Assembly (NCBI RefSeq): GCF_032191835.1
Contig: NC_083227.1
Span: 112,778,001-112,842,000, forward strand
Length of the DNA stretch: 64,000 nt
Direction of reading: 5' to 3'
Origin: Heteronotia binoei
Taxonomy: Eukaryota
Part shown: positions 54,151-64,000 of the stretch, in pieces
Position numbering within the stretch: the stretch's first letter is position 1
Layout of the letters: each line of letters starts with the position of its first letter
Notes under the pieces: generated by a model
What the model was told of the DNA's origin: nothing
Database searches by the model: none
The model's input: the letters and a program-made list of their open reading frames with translations, nothing else
Position numbers and translations under genes: made by a program

Positions 54151-54736
54151 ATCTGTGCAGTCATACAATCAGCCTTCCTTGATTACTCACTGCTGCTAGA
54201 GCTTAGTTTTGAACAGAAGCATTTGAGAGAGTAGCCACAAGCCTTGCATCTTATCCCCCTTTCACCCCACACCCTGAAATGTACACCCATGAGTGTTAAC
54301 TTCCCCAGTCACTACCTGCTTAAGCAAACAGAATACAATAATACAATAAAGTTTTAATCAACTGTTTTTAATCAGGTCAAAGTGTTAGGCAGAGATGATC
54401 TTTCTCAAATTAGTTCAGGCACAGTGTTTGTCCTCTTAGTGCTCAAATCACACTCTTCCTTACAAGGCATGGGACTGCAAGAACTATTTGACTTCTGTAA
54501 TAGTCACCACTCCTCTTCCACCCAAACTACACCCATATAATAGAAATGTGACCAAAGACATGTTAAGTAGTTAGTCATGTATTCACTCCATTATTATGAA
54601 GACTGGACAAAAAGAAGCTGAGTACCAGAACAGCTGCAGAGATAGGCTAGATCCCCCTACAATCTTAGGGATGTTATACCAAAATAACTGGGAAGATACA
54701 CGAGCAGGGCAGAAACATAAAAGCCTCATGTCTGTC

Positions 54737-54925
54737 TCAGGTCTTTCCCTCATTTAAACAATGCCTTCTAAAGGGTGTCAAGCGCCGCCATATTCTCAGG
54801 ACATGACATCTGCACTCAGGGCAGACAGAACAGTCTTCTGCATGTTCAACAAAGTTTCCACCATTGAAGTGATCATTCTCAGGCAGCCATGGAACAAAGT
54901 GACGAGAAGCTGACAATCTAACAAC
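54737..54925 (-). CDS. SLBP2: Putative SLBP2 terminal coding exon (62 aa + stop)
   Basis: Acceptor T11-AG|GTT, phase 0, open to TGA at 54739-54737. Supported by phase and splice sites only; no recognisable homology. Confidence 0.5.
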   Translation of the reverse strand, partial: VVRLSASRHFVPWLPENDHFNGGNFVEHAEDCSVCPECRCHVLRIWRRLTPFRRHCLNEGKT

Positions 54926-54950
54926 CTAAAAAAAAAAATGCAGTACATGA

Positions 54951-55235
54951 AAGAAGAAGAAGAAGAAGATATTGGATTTATATCCCGCCCTCCACTCCGA
55001 AGAGTCTCAGAGCGGCTCACAATCTCCTTTACCTTCCTCCCCCACAACAAACACCCTGTGAGGTGGGTGGGGCTGGAGAGGGCTCTCACAGCTGCTGCCC
55101 TTTCAAGGACAACCTCTGCCAGAGCTATGGCTGACCCAAGGCCATTCCAGCAGGTGCAAGTGGAGGAGTGGGGAATCAAACCCGGTTCTCCCAGATAAGA
55201 GTCTGCACACTTAACCACTACACCAAACTGGCTCT
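54951..55235 (-). mobile_element. tRNA-derived SINE (Squam3-like) with (TTC)n tail
   Basis: Minus strand: A box TGGTGTAGTGG, B box GGTTTGATTCC, L2-like 3' end GTGAGCCGCTCTGAG...GGGCGGGATATAAAT. Confidence 0.8.
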
Positions 55236-55374
55236 CCAATTGTCTTAAGTTATTTCTTCTAGTAACTCATCTCAACAGAAGGAGGCTTTCTTTCAGTCCC
55301 TCCAGAATAGCAACGCCAATGGGATCTTTGGTCTCATGAAGGTCTAGCACTCCCAAAGCTTAGCACCACCAAAA

Positions 55375-55650
55375 TAAAAGGTAAGTCCCCTGTCGTTACT
55401 GAGTCAAGGGGTGATGTCACATGACATTTTCTTGGCAAACTTTTTGTAACAGAGAAGTTTGCCATAGCCTTCCCCAGTCATCTCCACTTTACCCTCAGCA
55501 AGCTGGGAACTCATTTTACTGACCTCAGAAGGGTGGAAGGCTGAGTCAACCTTGAGCTGGCTACCTGAACCCAGCTTCCACCAGGATTACACTCAGGTTG
55601 TGAGCAGAGCTAGTACTGCAGCTTACCACTCTGCACCACAGGGCTCCTGA
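55375..55650 (-). mobile_element. Sauria (Squam1)-like SINE
   Basis: AAAGGTAAGTCCCCTG...AGCTGGGAACTCATTTTACTGACCTCAGAAGGGTGGAAGGCTGAGTCAACCTTGAGC, recalled as the Sauria SINE reverse complement. Confidence 0.7.
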
Positions 55651-55846
55651 CATCAAAATATATACATATATATGTAACACCAAAATATATACATATGTAT
55701 AAAAAGTTGATTATAAATTATAATCAAGTCATATGAACTATTCCAAAACCAGCAGCATGGGATCGGGAGCATTAGAATTCAACTGCCTCCACAGTACACT
55801 CCTGCTGCTGGCCATTGCTTATGTCACATAAGTGGAGTCTAATTAC

Positions 55847-55949
55847 CTGTCCTCCTAAGGCTTCTTCATATGGGTTTTCTAGCATCTCTTGGGTATCAAA
55901 GCAGCCATTTGAGACGAAGAGAGGACGCCTCTCAATCACCAGCTTCTGC
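55847..55949 (-). CDS. SLBP2: Putative SLBP2 exon after the RNA-binding domain (QKLVIERRPLFVSNGCFDTQEMLENPYEEALGGQ)
   Basis: 103 nt; phase-2 acceptor matches the previous donor; donor CAG|GTAATT. Confidence 0.6.
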
Positions 55950-56600
55950 CTTTGCAAAGCAAGAGCAGTTTCATTTAAATTGAATCAGGAAGTAGACAGC
56001 ATAAAATAAGTTTATATCCAAGAGGGAAACCATGAAATATACTATGAGAGATGTATGGATAGCATAGCACTACAAGCTCAAATCTTGCACTCTGGGAGGT
56101 TCATTAGGGACCCAATTAGCTTCAGTTGAAAACTGCTGAAAGTTGTACTTTCCTCCCTTATATAGCACACTTGCATCTCCACTTCTTTTCCAGGTAGAAG
56201 ATAACTACGCCAAACTATACCACTTTAGGTATTCACATGTCACTGATTACAAAGTCTTTCCAGGCTCTGATGGGTAAAGGAACCATTTGCTCTCACTGAA
56301 AGGAGACTGTTGATAATTAACTGTGACTCCATGGTGATAAGGAATGTCATGGTGAAAAGCACATAGGCCTGTGATTCCTGAATCATGTGTCATGACTACT
56401 TCATAAATGGGTCACCAGCAGTGGATGTTCTACAATAAGGTACTTCTTAACATAGAACCAAGATTAAATGTGCATCTTGAAACAAGTGAATTTGTTCACC
56501 ATAGCAGAAACTGGACTAGGCTATGTGGATATGTGTCCTAGTTGTGTTCCTACCCTTTCTTCAAGTTGGCCAGAAGAAGCGAAGAAAAACTGACACTTAC

Positions 56601-56747
56601 CTCTCAGGTCCTTCTGCATTTAGCCCAGGGGGGTCCCAGGCATGCAGTGCCCGTCGCCATAGCTTAATCTGCATGTCCCAGGAACGACGACTGTACTTCT
56701 TATGTTTGTTTGGAGTACGTGGATGAACACCTGACTGCCGAGAAGCT
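56601..56747 (-). CDS. SLBP2: SLBP2 RNA-binding domain exon 2 ([40 protein letters not shown]...)
   Basis: 147 nt; TPNK and SRRSWD..IKLWR..LH.WDPP SLBP signature; canonical splice sites. Confidence 0.93.
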
Positions 56748-57008
56748 CTGGAATGAAGCACAAAAGATGTAGCAGGTTCTGCTAATCAGGTTGCCTTCAG
56801 CCGGTATCAAGATTCCCCAAATTAAGAACCCAGATAGACTTTTTCCCTGATGGCTTATCAAAATAAGCCAAAATGAATATGCTATATACCCAAAATCCCA
56901 GGGTACGATTCAATAAGAAGTATTTAATTAACACAGAATGGATGAATCCTATGTGAAGAGCCCGCCTCTAGATCAAAACTTAGGAGGGAAGAAGCATGTG
57001 TCACTTAC

Positions 57009-57113
57009 TTGGGGACTTGTTGGACAAAGTGTTGGTAACCAATGGTGTTTTTGCCATACTCTATCTGCTTCTGTCTTCTTAGCAAAACAGCCTCATCAGT
57101 CTCCTCATCAGAT
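57009..57113 (-). CDS. SLBP2: SLBP2 RNA-binding domain exon 1 ([35 protein letters not shown])
   Basis: 105 nt; ETDE.VL.RRQKQI.YGKNT signature; YQHF in place of SLBP1 YDRY points to the SLBP2 class. Confidence 0.92.
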
Positions 57114-57919
57114 CTGCAGAAGACAGACAGAGAATGCTGAAGATGACAGAAAGGCAAGCTGTGATCAACCAGAGCAGCTGCCCCAAGAAAGTTCACCTGA
57201 ATTCTGAGCAAGATCTTCTCGGCCTATATGACCTTGTGCCTACACCCACACTGACCATCTGCCTTTCAAGATATAAGGCCTGGGAAGATGACGACAACCT
57301 ATTCACAAGAAAATAAGGTTTTGATTAGTGAATATGCAAACCTATCTGACACCTCGAATAAGATCTTACAGTTCCCATCATAGCATAACTGCTGTTTTTA
57401 TGATCCTTATAGGCTAATACATTGTAATTCTGAAACGAAGGGAAGTATAACTTTCAGGGGGATTTGGTTAGTTTTTTGTTGTTCATGTTTTTGGTTTTGT
57501 TTGTTTTGCAATCTAGAGCTATGGTCAAAGACCACACAGGACAAACTGCTAAAACAGATGTTTTTATTCCTTGGAAACAAATACCTGAAGAATAGAATCA
57601 TTTGAATAAACCTATGAAGTACAAAAGTTTTTTCCTCTAAGGGACAAATAGCTGGAACTCAAGTTCAAAATACAGGACTCTTAATGCACCATAAAGACAA
57701 CCCATTAAACATTGAGATCAAATTCTATTTTATGCCAACTGAAATACAGAACTCCTGTTGCCTTTAAATATACAAGATAGCAACGCAGGATAATTTCAGA
57801 GGGTAACCCTGATAGTTTTGAGTCCAGTAGGTCCTTAGAGATCAACAAAATTTCCTTTCGACAAAGGGAGCCTTGACTATCAAAAGCTCAAATTAAAAAA
57901 AAATCTTGTTGGTCTCTAA

Positions 57920-58426
57920 CAGGGTTGCCAATCCCCAGATGGGGGGAGGGGATCCCCCGGGGTTGGAGGCCCTCTCCCCGTTTCAGGGTCATCAGAAAGC
58001 GGGCGGAGGGGAGGGAAATGTCTGCTGGGAACTCTATTATTCCCTATGGAGTCTTATTCCCACAGGAACTAATGGAGAATTGATCCATGGGTATTTGGGG
58101 CTCTGGAAGGGCTGTTTTTTGAGGTAGAGGCGCCAAACTTTCAGTATAGCATCCAGTGCCTATCCCCAAAATACTCCCCATGTTTCAAAAAGATTGGACC
58201 TGGGGGTCCAACTCTTTGAGCCCTGAAAGAAGGTGCCCCATCCTTATTTTTTCCTATGGAAAGAAGACATTTAAAAAGGTGTATGGTCCCTTTAAATGTG
58301 ATGGCCAGAACTCCCTTTGGAGTTCAATTATGCTTGTCACACTCTTGCTCCTGGCTCCACCCCCAATGTTTCTTGGCTCCACATGCAAATGCCCAGATAC
58401 TTTTTGAATTGGACTTGGCAACCCTA
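57920..58426. mobile_element. hAT MITE A (507 bp)
   Basis: TIR CAGGGTTGCCA / TGGCAACCCTA; TSD GTCTCTAA at 57912-57919 and 58427-58434. Confidence 0.85.
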
Positions 58427-58434
58427 GTCTCTAA

Positions 58435-58557
58435 CAGGGCTTTTTTAAAGAAAAAAAGCAGGAATGCAGTTCCAGCTGGCTTGGCATCAGGGGTGTGTGG
58501 CTTAATATGCAAATGATTCCTGCTGGGCTTTTTCTAACAACAACAAAAAAAGCCCTG
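58435..58557. mobile_element. hAT MITE B (123 bp)
   Basis: TIR CAGGGCTTTTTT / AAAAAAGCCCTG; TSD GTCTCTAA at 58427-58434 and 58558-58565. Confidence 0.85.
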
Positions 58558-58618
58558 GTCTCTAACATGCTAGTGAACTCAAATATAGCTGTTCTAATGC
58601 AAGAATAATAAACAAGAG

Positions 58619-58862
58619 ATGATGAAGTAGAGATTGGATTTATACTCCACCTTTCACATGGAGTCTTAGAGCGGCTTACAATATCCTTTCCCTTCTCCTG
58701 CCCACAAAAGACACCCTCTGAGGTAGGTGGAGCTGAGAGAGCTCTGAGAGAACTTATGACTGACTGAAAGTCACTCAGCAGGTGCATGTGAAAGAATGGG
58801 GAATCAAACCCAATTCTTCCAGATTAGAATCTGCATTCCTAACCACTACACCAAACTGGCCA
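58619..58862 (-). mobile_element. tRNA-derived SINE (Squam3-like)
   Basis: Homologous to 54951-55235. Confidence 0.75.
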
Positions 58863-59295
58863 GTATGTGTATTGCTGCATTTTATATCACATTGCAAAAG
58901 CAACATGCGTTCATTGCCTTATGGAAAACACAGTCTTCAGACCAAACTAAAAATTTCTGAAGTATCTCATTCCACTCAATGAAGTAATTAATCATCAAGT
59001 CTCTCAGCAGTCTCTTGGTTACTTTCCTGAAAGTAGGCATAGGTGCTCTTCAAATCTTGTATAGGACTCCCTCATGCTATTGTGCTTTTATGTAAATTGC
59101 TGTCAGTGTAAGTGATCCAGGGGCTGCACATTACTACAACATCTTACATTGTAGTGTAGAATAATGTCCCTGAGTGGGCAGAGGAGGAAAAAATTGCAAT
59201 GATAACTTCATTTGACCTGAAGGTCATAGTTCACTGTGAAATGTATCCCCTCATTTAGCCTAACTATTAATTGTTTTTGCATGGCTGCATGATAC

Positions 59296-59369
59296 CTATC
59301 TTCCTTTTTTCTCAGTTGTGTTCCCTCTATCACTGTGGTGTTGGCTTCTGGTACAGTATGCCTCCTCTT
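59296..59369 (-). CDS. SLBP2: Putative SLBP2 upstream coding exon (KRRHTVPEANTTVIEGTQLRKKED-R)
   Basis: 74 nt; acceptor CTCCACAG, donor AG|GTATCA; phase 2 joins the exon starting at 57113 in frame. Confidence 0.55.
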
Positions 59370-59440
59370 CTGTGGAGGCATGAGAGTCAATTAATAAATG
59401 CTCCAGAAATGTTAATGAGAGCTATTATTTCTAGTAGAGG

Positions 59441-60045
59441 TAGGCTTGCCAATCCCCAGGTCCCAGCGGGGGTTCTTCTGCTTTCCCAGACTCCTTCCTG
59501 CCCCCAGTCAGCTGGCCGGTGGGGGGGAAGCCCTGCGCCCAAAGCCACCATCTGACTTTCCAGCTCCAGAGGCTTCAGTCTCCCATTGGAAAGGCTTCCT
59601 CTTGAGATGGTGTGTCTGTGTTACTTTGAAGAAGTTGGCAGCAACTTGTGAGTAGTGATGCCAATCCCTCGTTTTAGAGTCACCAGAAACAGGAGGGGGG
59701 GGGAGGAAATGTCTGCTGGGCACTTCATTATTATTATGTGGACATCGATTCTCATAGGGTATAATGGGGAATTGATGTGGAGGTATCGAGGGCTCTGGGG
59801 GGGCTGTTTTTTGAGGTAGAGGCATCAAATTTTCAGTATGGCATCTAGTGCCTCTCCCCAAAATACCTCCCATGTTTCAAAACGATTGGAGCAGGGGGTC
59901 CAATTCTATGAGCCCCAAAAGAAAGTTCCCCTATCCATTATTTCCTATGGAAGGAAGGCATTTAAAAAGGTGTGCTGTCCCTTTAAATGTGATGGCCAGA
60001 ACTCCCTTGGAGTTCAATTATGCTTGTCACACCCTTGCCAAGTCC
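59441..60045. mobile_element. Second, partial copy of hAT MITE A family
   Basis: Starts TAGGCTTGCCAATCCCCAG; extensive identity to 57920-58350; right TIR not seen. Confidence 0.7.
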
Positions 60046-60879
60046 AGCTATTTCACATTTTTTCTTTTTTTTACATAATTCTGTGTGGCAGGCAATTACT
60101 AAAGGAGGCTCAAGTTGCCATCATGTACCAAGTGGGTTCCTTACTGGGCCTCTCTCTTATTCAGCAGACACATAATGGTCCATGTGGGGAGGGGAGAAAT
60201 CTTACAGGCATTGCATCAGGGTAATTTAAGACCATCAGAACCAAAGAAGTATCATCACAATGGAAAAGGCATGGATAATTTTTCAGTGTTTTAAAGAATA
60301 CTTGCTGTCATTCTATATTAAATACCCCATGCCCTTCATAATATAATGCATTTCCAGATACAAGGTTGCCAGTTTCTTCTCATATTTGGGTGTATGCACT
60401 TAGAAAGCTTTGGAGGATGAACTCTAAGGCATCAAATTCCCACTATGCTCCCTCCCCAGCCCCCCTCCCCAAAACAATCTTCAGGAATTTCTCAAGCTGA
60501 AATTGGTAACTCTAGTATCAAAATCATGTGGCTCATTTTTTTCACTCTGCATGTAGAGGAAGTTTCTTCACCATTTTTAGAAGTCCCCCTTCCTCCCCAT
60601 ATTCATGTTCCTCCTTGTTCTAACTTTTTTTACCTACCCATTTTTTTCAAACACTGGTGATACCCCAGCAGCAAATCCTCCATAGTCAGAACCGAAAGAG
60701 TCACAAAACAGAGAACTGAGGGCAAATCACAAGAAAGATGTTCATGTTACAAACACCTGAAACTGTTGCCAGCTGTTCAAACTAATAGTTTGTGTTCTCC
60801 CCAAATAGTTGGTTCACCCATCACATAAGTAGCTTCCAGCAGGTAAGAAATGGACTTTAGTCACAAGACTCCTTGTAAG

Positions 60880-61073
60880 CAGTGTTCCCTCTAAACTGAG
60901 TTAGGGTGAGCTAGCTCACAGATTTTTAGCCTCCAGCTCACACATTTTTGTCTTAGCTCAGGAAAAATGGCCCCAGAGCAATTCAATTTATGCAGTAGCT
61001 CACAACTTAAATGCCAGTAGCTCATAAAGTAGAATTTTTGCTCACAAGACTCTGCAACTTAGAGGGAACATTG
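60880..61073. mobile_element. hAT MITE with perfect TSD
   Basis: TIR CAGTGTTCCCTCTAA / TTAGAGGGAACATTG; TSD CTTGTAAG at 60872-60879 and 61074-61081. Confidence 0.88.
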
Positions 61074-61439
61074 CTTGTAAGACAACCAATTAATAATAGC
61101 CATTACTCTTTATTCATTTTTATCCCATTCAGCAACAATGCAGACCTAATCTATGCCAATAAAGGTTTTGACTGAACTTGAGCTAGTAAAAGCCTGCAGG
61201 TTCATACCTCAAACATGAAGCCCTGTTTCCACGCAAAGTAAAATGGGGTTTGAACACTCAGGGGAGGAAAAAACACAGGTATAATTACATGGTATCTCAA
61301 GCTCAAGTATTAAAGCTTTAACTGATCAGACTTCCCAAGCAAAAGAACATTCATTACAAGGATGTACTAAAAAGAAGCTTTCACTTGCTCTGTGCCTCTT
61401 TAGCATCTTTATTGTTATCCCAGTAGTACTCGTATTGAA

Positions 61440-62185
61440 AGAAGAAAACCGCTTGCGAACCATATACCCTCCCCCCTCCACAACCTGAAGTCAGGCACCT
61501 GTTGGTCAAAGGAACCCAGCCGCCCTGCATCTGACTCCCAATTGGCTAGATTACGTCAAAACAAGCAACACGCCTGCAGAAGCTGGAGTATCAGCTTCCT
61601 ACGTTTTAAATCTCCCTCCAGCAGGGAGGAAAACAGGCTAGTAACACAATTACAGGGGGATGGGAGGAGGATTATTCTGGACAAGTGATTGGTTGCATGA
61701 AGAGCACAAAGAACGGGAACCTCATTGCAGTGGTCAAACAATAACAAATGTGATTAGTTAAGACCCGCCCCTCCATCATCCCCCAATAGATGCGACCGCT
61801 TTCCAATGACGTAAATCGAATGATAGCCAATTAAAAAGCTACTAGACCGATTGCCGGTTTCTTCTTCTTGCCGTGCTTTGAGAATTGGTTGGTTGGTGAA
61901 AAGAGAGGTGTGCGGTCGATCCCAGACCGGTAAATTCAAACTCCCCGGATTCTGTTGATTTTTAAGTCTATCCGGCCCGTGGGAGAGTTCGGTGTAATCT
62001 GGGGGTGGTGATTAACCGGAGGAAGAAAAGCCCAAGGAATTTTGTCTGGGAAGGCTTTTGAGCCACCCCTGTTGTAAATTTTGGCTGTTCTCATAACACG
62101 GAGGAAGAGCATCCGGAACTGGTATCGTGTGAACTGCATCATCGGCCGAGTTTAACTCGGTGTTGCCTTACTGTTTTGTCCGCAG
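61440..62185. promoter_or_regulatory. CDC25C promoter, candidate bidirectional SLBP2/CDC25C promoter
   Basis: CCAAT/ATTGG boxes at 61538, 61688, 61783, 61803, 61827 and 61884; GC box 61764-61770; CRE/ATF-like TTACGTCA (61551) and TGACGTAA (61807); CHR TTTGAA on the minus strand at 61935-61940; CpG-rich. Confidence 0.7.
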
Positions 62186-62194
62186 ACTGCCATC

Positions 62195-62382
62195 ATGTCT
62201 ACGAATTTTTCCCCCATGGATACAGATGTCCCTCGCTTGCGTTTCCAGTTCCAATCTGGCTGCCAGTTTTTGCTTAATTTGCTGCGAGATACCGAGATCG
62301 CCCTACCCTTCAATGCAGAATCTCCTCTTACGCCAGACTCCAGCTTGACTCAAGGTTTCAGAAACGTCAGCGGTTTAGCAGG
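62195..62382 (+). CDS. CDC25C: CDC25C first coding exon
   Basis: MSTNFS...FLLNLLRDT...PLTP...NVSGLAG resembles the recalled human MSTELFS...MLNLLLERDT...PRTP...NLSILSG; acceptor CGCAG at 62185; phase-2 donor GG|GTAAAT; expected synteny and orientation. Confidence 0.8.
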
Positions 62383-62689
62383 GTAAATGTTTTGGGAATC
62401 TGAAAAGAGACCTTGAGTCACATTCTGTGCCTTAAATGTTTTCGGTTTCTCTGAGTGACCACCAACAAGGGGGGCGGGGTTCATCTAGATTTAGCAATCT
62501 AACATTAATTTCTTTTAGGTAATTTCTTTTCTGTGGATGAGGGTGACCTAATTAATCATGAACTGTAATCCAGTTGCCCAAGCAAAAAGGTTCTGCAGTC
62601 AACAACATACTCAACTGCCAAGGTCTTTTGCTCCTCCAGATATATTTTAGTTACTGCGTTATTTTTAGTTATGGAGTTTGGGGACTCCT

Positions 62690-62875
62690 TTTGTCTCAGC
62701 AAGGAGATGCTCTGTATTCTTGGTGCTTGGGGGGCAGGGACAATGGGAGGGCTTTTAGCCTCACTGGTGGACCTCCTGATGGCACTTGGGGGGGGGGGGT
62801 TGCCACTGTGTGACACAGAGTGTTGGACTGGATGGGCCATTGGCCTGATCCAACATGGCTTCTCTTATGTTCTTA
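62690..62875 (+). mobile_element. CR1 3'-end fragment
   Basis: GGATGGGCCATTGGCCTGATCCAACATGGCTTCTCTTATGTTCTTA terminus. Confidence 0.75.
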
Positions 62876-64000
62876 AGGAAGATGGACTATAAATTAAGTA
62901 AGTAAATAAACAATGTTTGAACTAGTTAGTTATGATTATGAGACTTAGTATATAATTTATTACCTGTCTTAAGACTCAGAGTTCTTATTTTTAACGTGTG
63001 AAATGAGAACTTCCTGACCAGTTTTCCCTTATAATAATAAGATTAAATACTTGAAAACTCTAGTCTTCTTTCTGAGTCATTAGATGACTCTGTGGACTAG
63101 AGCATGAAATAATCTGTTAATGTCTCTGGAGTTCTTCATTATGCATTCTCTTTTGTGCAAGGCTTTGCCTTACAGAATCTTGCATTGCTTTCCTTACTCC
63201 CCCCCCCCCCCCCAATCTTGCTCTTCATGCTTTTTATGCAATATGCTGTTTCTACTTCAGATAGTCATTTTCCCCTGTTGGATGTGGAGGACTTTGTGCT
63301 GTCTCAGACTTGAGAGATGGCACCAATGAGTTTAGACAGGTAGAGAGGTCAAGACACATAGAACATCCTTTCCTTCCTGGTATCTGATCCTCTTCTTTGA
63401 AGCAGAATGCTACTCTTAAGGGCAATTTCCTCCTCTCTTTCCAGACACACTCTTTCATGTATGCACACAAAGAAGGTGTGTGATCTTTCTGTCTTGCATC
63501 ATGGAGGCTGAGCATGCAACACCATCTAGTTAGCTACCATAGGTAATCTATCTCTTACCTGCACTCTCCTGTATGTATTTCCTTTGATAAAAGTTACTTA
63601 TTAGTTTTAGATCTGGTTACTGATTTTGTGGTTTAAGTTTGCTGCCACACGTAGTCCCAGTTTTGCTGTGTTAAAGCCTTGAGCATCCTGCTACTTTTTG
63701 GTGGTTCCCTGACAGTGCCAAATCCAGAGAATCCAACATCTCCCATGATTAAGGATAAACTGTATCTGCATACCAGTCTGCATACCAGTGTTTGATGTTG
63801 TGATCTGTAAGGACTGTATTCTTCTCGCAAAAGGGGGTAATAATGAAAGTCTGCAAATCCTCCTGTTTAAGACGAAATACTGGGCTGTCTTTTCAAGTGT
63901 GAGAAGAATTTCAACCAGGCTGAAATACATCAATGTTTTGTAACAGCAAATATGTGGTTCCCTGTATACACACATGCAAGAACTATAGTATTGCTAATGT

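Noticed and set aside
54796-55239. 147-aa minus ORF containing MITSMVETL, superficially like the FAM53 start
   Set aside because: Mostly SINE sequence plus another frame of the putative SLBP2 last exon; the true FAM53C start is at 46846.
62383-64000. Candidate next CDC25C exon (GTPKRCLDLSNL-like), e.g. TKKVCDLSVL near 63465-63500
   Set aside because: That frame hits a stop and no splice-consistent homologous exon was found; it probably lies beyond the window or is too diverged.

Overview
Vertebrate genomic DNA from a squamate reptile, probably a gecko, judged from the Sauria/Squam-type SINEs and squamate CR1, L2 and Penelope repeats. It covers the region orthologous to human 5q31.2. Genes, left to right: KDM3B coding exon 1 (minus; positions 1-9429 appear to be its intron 1); a complete 9-exon, 439-aa CtBP-family gene (minus) that looks like a third vertebrate CtBP paralogue; FAM53C (minus, 4 coding exons, 375 aa); SLBP2, the oocyte-type histone stem-loop binding protein (minus; RNA-binding-domain exons clear, 5' end unresolved); and the first coding exon of CDC25C (plus), head-to-head with SLBP2. 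The most striking non-gene feature is a young RTE LINE at 737-2973. It has an 11-bp TSD, an internal deletion and a twin-priming-like 5' inversion. The inverted segment folds on paper into an HDV/CPEB3-like self-cleaving ribozyme that is in the sense orientation of the KDM3B pre-mRNA. Other observations: a Tc1 derivative with two 3' ends nested in a CR1, two hAT MITEs sharing a triplicated 8-bp target, a uORF-dense FAM53C leader, Penelope remnants with degenerate hammerhead motifs, and a 133-N assembly gap. Gene identities rest on manual translation and recalled family sequences; no searches or folding programs were run.
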